A stretch of DNA of 64,000 nucleotides from Candidatus Amesbacteria bacterium (GTDB lineage Bacteria; Patescibacteriota; Microgenomatia; CAZETR01; Amesbacteraceae), in contig DAHXMV010000001.1 in NCBI GenBank assembly GCA_027371535.1, positions 32,879 through 96,878 on the forward strand, read 5' to 3'. A program made the position numbers and the translations under genes. The notes beneath the pieces are model-generated. The model saw only the letters and a list, made by a program, of their open reading frames with translations, did no database searches and had not been told where the DNA came from. Of the stretch, positions 9,970-17,519 are shown one piece after another (position 1 is the stretch's first letter; the number at the start of each line of letters is the position of its first letter).

Positions 9970-10747
9970 TTGTCTTTAAAGATTCGATAATTAGATTGTT
10001 AGTGTGTCCATAATTTAGTATTTTAGATAAAAATGATTTTAATGAATAGTAATTATGGTATGCATATAAATATTTCTTCTTATTTGTTTTAAAACCTGAA
10101 ATTAATAATTCTGTCCTAAGAATTTCCAAGGTATATTTTCTGACATGATTAATTGGATTTATCCCAATTTTCAGATAATTTTCCAAATTTTCGTTTAAAG
10201 GTACAGAAGCAATAAAAATACCACCTTTTTTAGTTATTCTGTTAACCTCCCTCAAGGTTCGAAATATACCACTCGGACTAATGTGCTCTAAAACTTCTGA
10301 TGCAATTACACAATCAAAATAGTTATTTGAATAATGGATATTATCAGATTTTAGACATGTAAATGTTGCATTATGAAACCTTTTATTAGCCTCACTAACG
10401 GATTCTTTAGCTATATCAATCCCATGCCATTCATAATTAGATTGATCTATTTGTAATAATTTTTCTAAATTACAAGATCCGAACCCAATATTTAAAATCT
10501 TTTTGATTTTTTTGTTACCTTTAATCCATTTGGCAATAATATTTAATTTATTCCAGGCCATAGGATATTTCTCTTTAGATGTATCGATTTCAAAGTTTTT
10601 CTTACTCCAATAAATATTTGTATTTCTGTTCTTAATTTCTGGTAATTTACTACTATACAATGCAATAAAAGATTTAAAGTCTCTACTCCTTGCATAACTA
10701 TCTCTTAGTACTTCGAGTTTCAAGGCTTTATTATTTAGATCTTGCAT
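9941..10747 (-). CDS. Class I SAM-dependent methyltransferase
   Basis: ILNIGFGSC, GIDI, FDCVIASEVLEH, KKGG motifs. Confidence 0.85.
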   Translation of the reverse strand: MQDLNNKALKLEVLRDSYARSRDFKSFIALYSSKLPEIKNRNTNIYWSKKNFEIDTSKEKYPMAWNKLNIIAKWIKGNKKIKKILNIGFGSCNLEKLLQIDQSNYEWHGIDIAKESVSEANKRFHNATFTCLKSDNIHYSNNYFDCVIASEVLEHISPSGIFRTLREVNRITKKGGIFIASVPLNENLENYLKIGINPINHVRKYTLEILRTELLISGFKTNKKKYLYAYHNYYSLKSFLSKILNYGHTNNLIIESLKTNDFKKIQSY

Positions 10748-10785
10748 ATTTAAAATATATTATTATACGATTAACTTAATATAAT

Positions 10786-13470
10786 ATGAAATATATATTA
10801 AAATATTGTTTCATTTTTATTATTTCTTTAATAAGTTTAAATTATATTACAAGGGTAACTTTAAAGGCTTACTTCAATATATGGAATCTCGAAAAGGAAT
10901 TATTACCTTATGCAATACACAATAATCAAGTTTATATATTCAACAAAGATATATATTCTTTTGGTGGAAGTTCGAACATAGTAAGTAATAAGCTTTTTAT
11001 TGGAAAATTAGGATTAGATGATTCAATTTTAAATTGGAGAATATCTGATTCTACACTCCCTTTCGAATTATTATGGCATAATTTAGCTTATCTAAATCAA
11101 AATGTATATATTTTGGGTGGAAGTATATTTCCGAATTACCAACCGTATTCTATAAATAATGTCAGTCTTGGCCATATAGACAATTCTGATATTTTACATT
11201 GGATTCAAGTAAACCCCTTACCTGCACCTTTATCATTAGGCTCATCACATACATTTAATGGTTATATTTATTATTCTGGAGGAGGTTTTTGGAATGGCTC
11301 AAATTACGACTTTCCTAAACTTAGTAATAAAGTATATAAAGCCTTAGTTAATATCGATGGGGTTTTGGGTGATTGGCAAGATGCTGGTTTCCTTCCTGAA
11401 CCTTTACTTGGTCATGAAATGACTTTCATTGGAGAGAAAATCTATATTTTTGGCGGTATAAGGAATATTTGCAATCTTCCAACAACGGAATGCTATCCCA
11501 CAACAGGAAATGTGTGGGTATCGTCATTAGATAGTAAGGGTAATATATCTAGCTGGGAGAAAGTTAGTGAACTAGGTGGTGGTCCATCATATCAATTTAT
11601 GCTTATCAATTCGGGTAATTATCTAATTAAACTAGGGGGAAGAGGTAATATACTCCATGGCTCAATTTTAACCGATAATATATTTTTCTCTGAGATCGCA
11701 AGTAATGGCTCAATAGGTCCTTGGAAAGAAAGTAATTATACTTTGCCTTTAAAGCTTTGTTGCTCCGGGGTAGCTCTGAGTGAGAATAGTATTTTCTTAT
11801 TTGGTGGGCATGATGGGAAGACATATTTTAATAATGTATGGAGAGCAAAAATAGCCGATATTGTCAGTGAACCTACTCCTACTCCTACTCCCAAGATTAC
11901 AAAACCTCTGGTGTTTATTCCGGGAATGGGCGGAAGCCTGAATATGAACGCCTTTTTATATAACCAGGATTTAGATCATTCTTACTGGAAATTAGTCAGT
12001 TATGTGTCGCCTTATGACGGATTAATCAAAACCTTTAAAAAAGCCGGTTATGAGATGAATAAAACCCTGTTTATTTATACTTATGACTGGAGAAAGGATA
12101 TTAAAGAACTCACTGTCGACTTTCAGCAGTACATCAGGGACCATGTTTTAACCGGAAAACCCGACGGTACCCAAATCGATGTGGTGGGACATTGTATGGG
12201 GGGATTAATTGCCAGATCAGCGGCAAAAGACGCCTATGCGACTTACATTGATAAAGTAATTACCGCCGGCAGCCCGGTGCTGGGCAGTGCCACTGTCTAC
12301 CCGGTTTGGGAGGGGGCGGAATTGTCAGATATGCCGGATATGCAACGAATTGCAATTCAGATATTATTGCGGATACATCAAAAAGATTACGATGACCAGG
12401 TAACTGAAATTCAGGATATGATACCATCCATTCAGAATTTTTTGCCTGTCTGGAGTTATCTGCAGACAAAAAACGGACAAACAAAGGATCTGTCGAAATT
12501 GACCTGGCAAAACAATTTTTTGGGCGAGCTAAACGGTAACTCAAACAACATGGTCGGCCGGATGAGTATTTTATACGGCAGCGGCTACAATACTCCGGAA
12601 ACGATTAAAGTGGCCGAACCGGAAAGGATCCAGAAGCTGTTAGGAAAATGGATTGACGGCCAACCGACCGGCAAAATATATTCCGACGGGGATGATACGG
12701 TAACCACAAGCAGTGCACATTTGGCGGGAGTGACTCAAATTTCTGAAATTACCAATACAAATCACGGTGAAATAGTATCAGCCATTCCCGGTCAAATGGA
12801 AATAATGAGATATCTGGGGGTTAAAGATGCTGTGGCTACAGAAAACAACAATACGGATGCTCAGAAGTCATTGGCGGTATTTGTAGGGTCGCCGGTGACC
12901 TTTACCGTGGAAAATGGTGAGAAGACTTGGAACCCCAAAGACGGATTGGTGGTAATTACCAATCCCGAAAATGGAAATTATAAGATTCACGTGACCAGCA
13001 TTCTACCGGGGGAATATACGCTATATTTCGGCAGGCTTTTTAAAGGAGATACAGCGTGGGAAGAGGAAACCGGAAATTTTACCGCAGGAGAACCGACAGA
13101 AAGAGAATATATTTATAATGTAAATTTCGACAATAAAAACCTGGGGGGCAATCCCCTCGAAGATGCCATTGAAAGAATGCAGATAATAACGGATACGCTT
13201 TCAAAAGCAGAAAATACCCAGGTTTACAGCCAGGCAGCCAAGGTTTATATGACGCATATCCAGCAGGATCTCAATAATTTAAAAAGCCTAAATACAAATA
13301 ACCCGGAAGCCGGGATAAATTCGATTTTAAAACAGATCAACTTCTCATTAACCAATCTTCATACCTGGAAAATAGTACCCGAAAAATTTGATTTCGGTTC
13401 GGCATTTATAACCCAACAGATGAGACTGGTAAAAGGTGATATGGATCAATATGCCGGTGATATATTGTAG
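10786..13470 (+). CDS. Secreted or anchored Kelch beta-propeller + PT linker + alpha/beta-hydrolase (LCAT/PGAP1-like) protein
   Basis: N-terminal hydrophobic segment; about six YxxGG...W Kelch repeats; PTPTPTP; FIPGMGGS, YDWR, GHCMG, GDDTV, NHGEI. Confidence 0.8.
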   Translation: MKYILKYCFIFIISLISLNYITRVTLKAYFNIWNLEKELLPYAIHNNQVYIFNKDIYSFGGSSNIVSNKLFIGKLGLDDSILNWRISDSTLPFELLWHNLAYLNQNVYILGGSIFPNYQPYSINNVSLGHIDNSDILHWIQVNPLPAPLSLGSSHTFNGYIYYSGGGFWNGSNYDFPKLSNKVYKALVNIDGVLGDWQDAGFLPEPLLGHEMTFIGEKIYIFGGIRNICNLPTTECYPTTGNVWVSSLDSKGNISSWEKVSELGGGPSYQFMLINSGNYLIKLGGRGNILHGSILTDNIFFSEIASNGSIGPWKESNYTLPLKLCCSGVALSENSIFLFGGHDGKTYFNNVWRAKIADIVSEPTPTPTPKITKPLVFIPGMGGSLNMNAFLYNQDLDHSYWKLVSYVSPYDGLIKTFKKAGYEMNKTLFIYTYDWRKDIKELTVDFQQYIRDHVLTGKPDGTQIDVVGHCMGGLIARSAAKDAYATYIDKVITAGSPVLGSATVYPVWEGAELSDMPDMQRIAIQILLRIHQKDYDDQVTEIQDMIPSIQNFLPVWSYLQTKNGQTKDLSKLTWQNNFLGELNGNSNNMVGRMSILYGSGYNTPETIKVAEPERIQKLLGKWIDGQPTGKIYSDGDDTVTTSSAHLAGVTQISEITNTNHGEIVSAIPGQMEIMRYLGVKDAVATENNNTDAQKSLAVFVGSPVTFTVENGEKTWNPKDGLVVITNPENGNYKIHVTSILPGEYTLYFGRLFKGDTAWEEETGNFTAGEPTEREYIYNVNFDNKNLGGNPLEDAIERMQIITDTLSKAENTQVYSQAAKVYMTHIQQDLNNLKSLNTNNPEAGINSILKQINFSLTNLHTWKIVPEKFDFGSAFITQQMRLVKGDMDQYAGDIL
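11872..11892 (+). repeat. CCTACT tandem repeat encoding a Pro-Thr linker
   Basis: cctactcctactcctactccc. Confidence 0.8.
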
Positions 13471-13475
13471 CGCTT

Positions 13476-14210
13476 TTACCTACTCACGATAATAGCAGAT
13501 TTGGACGATTCGTCGGTTATCGGGAGGTGGTCACCGGTGGGATAATCGCGGATGGCGAAGAAGAATTTTGAAGATGAATAGCGGAAATTTTCACCGTGGC
13601 GGGTACCGGCGTCATTCGTGATGAATTCATCAGTTTGCGGATCGTAACCGCGAATGACAATCATATGCCTTTGGGGCCCCGGAGGAGTATAAAAAGGATT
13701 TCCCAGCAGCTGGCCATTCATGGGAGTGACTACCAGGCTTCCGGCATCCAAATAATTGACAATCTGGCTGACTGCCGTTAACTTTGCCACGCGGATTTGA
13801 TTATATTTAAAATAACCTTTAAAAATCCTGTCGGCAGCATCCCCGGCAGAAGTGTCTACAGAAGTCCCGAATTCTTTGATTTCAAAATCGGAAATTTTCT
13901 GAATTTCATTCAGCATAATCCGGGGAGTAAGGATCTGATTTTTAGCCCAATAGACGGCGATGACAGCGGCGGCCTCCTCACAACCGTTCTGCTCCTGCGG
14001 ATCCTGCCAGTTACCAAAAGGCGCCTGAGCAGCAAAGGGGACATCCGAAATATAAATCAGTTTATGGGCGGGGAAAACTGTGGGTACAGGACGTATGATA
14101 GCAGGTGTCGGCAGAATAACCGAGACGATGGTTGACGGTAAACCGGACCTGAAGAAATAAACAATAATCAGGGTAAAAATTAATAGTATGTAGACCAGGA
14201 ACCATTTCAT
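13476..14210 (-). CDS. Membrane-anchored C39-like cysteine peptidase
   Basis: VPFAAQAP, NGCEEA (Cys), RHMIVIRGYD (His), ITND (Asp); start reassigned to MKWFLV downstream of the tRNA. Confidence 0.85.
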   Translation of the reverse strand: MKWFLVYILLIFTLIIVYFFRSGLPSTIVSVILPTPAIIRPVPTVFPAHKLIYISDVPFAAQAPFGNWQDPQEQNGCEEAAAVIAVYWAKNQILTPRIMLNEIQKISDFEIKEFGTSVDTSAGDAADRIFKGYFKYNQIRVAKLTAVSQIVNYLDAGSLVVTPMNGQLLGNPFYTPPGPQRHMIVIRGYDPQTDEFITNDAGTRHGENFRYSSSKFFFAIRDYPTGDHLPITDESSKSAIIVSR

Positions 14211-14218
14211 GTGGAGAG

Positions 14219-14290
14219 TGGGCACAGAGGGATTTGAACCCCCGGCATCTGCAATGTGAATGCAGCGCTCTACCGCTGAGCTATGTGCCC
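14219..14290 (-). tRNA. tRNA-Val(CAC), CCA not encoded
   Basis: GGGCACA/TGTGCCC acceptor stem, anticodon arm CTGCA-TTCACAT-TGCAG, T loop TTCAAAT. Confidence 0.95.
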
Positions 14291-14345
14291 CTAAAGCCCC
14301 CTTCAGATCTCGACAAATTTTAACATAGGCGCCATAATTAATAAC

Positions 14346-14918
14346 ATGTTTAAATTCCTGAACCAAAAAGCGGCGGTGGCCATTTTGGAAGCTATCCAGC
14401 CGGTAGTGATGGCATTTGCCATATTTATGATGATTTATTTGTTTGTGGCCCAGCCACACAAAGTTGACGGCAGTTCCATGTATCCCAATTTCCACGACAA
14501 GGAATTTATATTAACGGACAAAATAACTTACAGAAGATCAGATCCGCAAAGAGGCGATGTAATCATCTTTCACGCTCCGCCGCCGTTTGACAGCGATTTT
14601 ATTAAGAGAATCATCGGCCTTCCGGGCGAAACCGTGATGGTTAAAGACAATCATGTATATGTGAACAGTAAATTATTACCGGAGCCGTATTTACCCTCCG
14701 ATTTTGTAACCACCGAGAAATCATTTCTCAGAGAAGGAGTGCCTTATACAATACCACTAGGCTATTACATAGTTATGGGAGATAACCGCAGCTACAGTTC
14801 AGATTCGCGCGAATGGGGACCTATAGCCAGAAGTGCAATTGTAGGCAAAGCGTGGCTTAGGTACTGGCCTATAAACGAAATCGGTTTAATCAAACACCAA
14901 AGTTACAAAAATTTCTAA
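14346..14918 (+). CDS. lepB: Signal peptidase I
   Basis: GSSMYP (Ser), FIKRIIG (Lys), GDNR..S.DSR.WG. Confidence 0.95.
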   Translation: MFKFLNQKAAVAILEAIQPVVMAFAIFMMIYLFVAQPHKVDGSSMYPNFHDKEFILTDKITYRRSDPQRGDVIIFHAPPPFDSDFIKRIIGLPGETVMVKDNHVYVNSKLLPEPYLPSDFVTTEKSFLREGVPYTIPLGYYIVMGDNRSYSSDSREWGPIARSAIVGKAWLRYWPINEIGLIKHQSYKNF

Positions 14919-15739
14919 GCGGAGATAGCTTTGTAAATCTTCTGCAACCGTTCCTCTGTTTCGGCTTGGTTACCTTTTAAGATAATGGTCAGACGGGTTT
15001 CGGCCCGCGACCTGGACAACCTGACAATGGTACCGGGTTTGCCGCCCAGAGAGTCTTCCATACCTTTACGCATGAGGTCTATTTCTTCCGACAGCTCGTG
15101 GGCGGGACGGAAACCTACGGTTTTAGGTTTGTTTCCTGATTCGGTACGCATTTTTCGGGCCAGCTCTTCCGCTCTGCGGACCGAACCGGACTCCTTCAAA
15201 ATTATCTTGTATGCATCCACAATAAGCCGATTGTCCTCTATGGCTGCCAATGCCCGAGCATGACCTTCGGTAATCAATCCGGTCAATAAGCCGTCTTTTA
15301 AAGCATCGGGCAAGGTTAACAACCGGAGGGAGTTACTTACATATGCAGGACTTTTTCCTATTCTTTGCGAAATTTCCGAGTTGCTTAAGCCAAATTCGCT
15401 AATAAGTCTTTCAAAAGCTTTTGCCCGGTCGACAGCATTTAAGTCAGAGCGCTGGACGTTTTCTACGATAGCCATTTCGAGCATACCCTGCGGAGTGGTT
15501 TCTTTGATGATAGTAGGCACTACTTGTAATCCGGCCAGCTTAGCCGCCCGCCAACGTCTCTCACCGGCAATTATCTGAAAACCGGCAGGGGTTTTGGCTA
15601 CTACCAGGGGTTCTAAAATGCCGTGTTCTCTGATGGAATCGACTAAATCTACCAAGGATTCAGGAGTAATTATGCCCCTTGGCTGAAGCGGATTTGCCTG
15701 AAGTGAGTCTATTTCAATATCGACTACCTGCTGATTCAT
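14915..15739 (-). CDS. parB: ParB/Spo0J partition protein
   Basis: NPLQPR, IIAGERRWRAA, ENVQRSDL, HTH, ITEGHARAL. Confidence 0.95.
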   Translation of the reverse strand: MNQQVVDIEIDSLQANPLQPRGIITPESLVDLVDSIREHGILEPLVVAKTPAGFQIIAGERRWRAAKLAGLQVVPTIIKETTPQGMLEMAIVENVQRSDLNAVDRAKAFERLISEFGLSNSEISQRIGKSPAYVSNSLRLLTLPDALKDGLLTGLITEGHARALAAIEDNRLIVDAYKIILKESGSVRRAEELARKMRTESGNKPKTVGFRPAHELSEEIDLMRKGMEDSLGGKPGTIVRLSRSRAETRLTIILKGNQAETEERLQKIYKAISA

Positions 15740-15987
15740 GCTGTCTGGACCGAAACCATTTTTTTGCCTTCGTGGCGAGAAAATTTTACGGTCCCATCAT
15801 TAACCGCATATAAAGTAAAATCCTTACCCATAGCTACGCCTGTACCGGCATTAACCTGACTGCCTTTTTGCCGAACAATTATATTTCCGGACTTCACTGT
15901 CTGGCCGCCGAATAATTTAACCCCCAACCGCTTACCGCGACGATTGCCTTTTTGTCTGGTAGATCCGCCTGCTTTAGTATGAGCCAT
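15736..15987 (-). CDS. rpmA: 50S ribosomal protein L27
   Basis: MAHTKAGGST...KRLGVK..GGQ.V..GNIIVRQKG. Confidence 0.97.
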   Translation of the reverse strand: MAHTKAGGSTRQKGNRRGKRLGVKLFGGQTVKSGNIIVRQKGSQVNAGTGVAMGKDFTLYAVNDGTVKFSRHEGKKMVSVQTA

Positions 15988-16018
15988 GGAAGTAATTTAA
16001 CTTAGTTTTTCACGAAAG

Positions 16019-16420
16019 TCAATGATTAGCTTTCACGGGAACCTTGGTCCTTCTGACACGCGGGGCAGCAGCAATTTTGACCTCTTCTTTGGGATTAATC
16101 TCCTGTTTTTGTGAAACGACATCGGTGATTTTCAGACGGGTATATTTAGCCCGAAAACCAATAAACTTATGGTAACGGCTTTTGGCTTTGAATTTACCCA
16201 CGCGGATCTTTTCACCCTGGGGATGGTCGATTACCTGGGCGTTGACTACCATCGGCGGGGTGACAAAAGGTTTACCGACCAAAAGTTGTTCTCCGTCTGC
16301 AACCAATAATACCTGATCAAAGACCACCTGCGATTTATTTTTGCCCAGGAAATCCACCTGAATGATATCATCGGGGCGGACAACGTACTGGGAGGAGCCA
16401 ATCTGAACTATTGCCAACAT
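16019..16420 (-). CDS. rplU: 50S ribosomal protein L21 with C-terminal extension
   Basis: AIVQIGSSQY.V, GKPFV, KIRVGKFKAKSRY...GFR; adjacent to rpmA. Confidence 0.93.
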   Translation of the reverse strand: MLAIVQIGSSQYVVRPDDIIQVDFLGKNKSQVVFDQVLLVADGEQLLVGKPFVTPPMVVNAQVIDHPQGEKIRVGKFKAKSRYHKFIGFRAKYTRLKITDVVSQKQEINPKEEVKIAAAPRVRRTKVPVKANH

Positions 16421-16450
16421 ACCGACAGATTATACAGGGAACAGCAGGTT

Positions 16451-17515
16451 TTATGCAATCCGCAGACCTTCAGTGTTTTTAAGATCCAGGGCAATCGAAT
16501 TAATAAGACCTAAATTTATAGCCACGGCAATCAAAGATGAACCGCCGGCTGAAAGGAGGGGCAAAGTGATTCCGGTAATCGGCGCTAAGCCCAAATTCAT
16601 GCCAATATTGATAAATGTCTGAAAACCCAAAAGAGCCAAGGATGACAGGCAAAATAATGAAGCTTTTGAATCTGAGGTGGTCTGAGAAATACGGTAAACA
16701 CGCCAAAAAATGATTCCGTAAAGTAAAATAACCGTAAATGCTCCTACAAAACCCAGTTCTTCGGAAATTGAAGCAAAAATAAAATCGGTGTGATGTTCCG
16801 GCAGAAATTTCAGCTGAGTTTGGGTACCCCGACCCAAGCCCCGGCCAAAAATCTGCCCTGAACCGACAGCTATGGTAGACTGAATCACATGATAACCGTT
16901 GTTAAGCGGGTCCTGATAGGGGTTTAAGAATGACATTATCCGGGTTTTTTGATAACCATGAAGGACAAATTTATATACAGGAACGGTCACTACGGCAAGA
17001 AGAAGTATTATCAAGGCGATCGTTTTTAAAGAGAATTTGGACAAAACGATACTGGCCCAGCCGATAAATATAACCAGGCTGGTGCCTAAATCAGGCTGAA
17101 GATAGATGACTATAACCGGAATAATTCCCGACAAAAATAACCAATAATTGCTATGTTTAATTTTGGAAACAGCCAAAGCCGAAAAAGAAATCAGCAGAAA
17201 CGGTTTAATCAATTCGGACGGCTGGAAAGTAAACTGACCGATTAACAACCAACGCTGCGAACCCCGGCTGAGGACACCAAAAAAGGCTGTTACCAGAGAT
17301 AAAAACAAAAATAGGAAATATCCGACCGGATGCAATGAAAAAAAGACTTCATAATCGACGGTAGCAAAAATAAAATACAAACCAATCGCTATCAAAACAA
17401 AGATCAATTGGTTGAAAACCAACCCCGGAGCCACACTTCTGATAATGGCAAGGCTGATCAAAATCAAAAGCAGGGAAGGTAATATTAAAAACCAATCCGG
17501 GCGGAATTTGAACAT
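16451..17515 (-). CDS. rodA: SEDS peptidoglycan glycosyltransferase RodA
   Basis: FQPSELIK, QPDLGT, GYHVIQS.IAVGSG, LPEHHTDFIF, PITGITLP. Confidence 0.9.
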   Translation of the reverse strand: MFKFRPDWFLILPSLLLILISLAIIRSVAPGLVFNQLIFVLIAIGLYFIFATVDYEVFFSLHPVGYFLFLFLSLVTAFFGVLSRGSQRWLLIGQFTFQPSELIKPFLLISFSALAVSKIKHSNYWLFLSGIIPVIVIYLQPDLGTSLVIFIGWASIVLSKFSLKTIALIILLLAVVTVPVYKFVLHGYQKTRIMSFLNPYQDPLNNGYHVIQSTIAVGSGQIFGRGLGRGTQTQLKFLPEHHTDFIFASISEELGFVGAFTVILLYGIIFWRVYRISQTTSDSKASLFCLSSLALLGFQTFINIGMNLGLAPITGITLPLLSAGGSSLIAVAINLGLINSIALDLKNTEGLRIA

Positions 17516-17519
17516 GGTT

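Noticed and set aside
14211-14495. N-terminal extension of ORF 13476-14495
   Set aside because: It reads through tRNA-Val and the antisense strand of lepB; the plausible start is the ATG at 14210.
14915-15739. parB without adjacent parA as a plasmid or prophage marker
   Set aside because: It is chromosomal Spo0J-like, overlaps the rpmA stop codon, and no mobile-element genes or parS site were seen.
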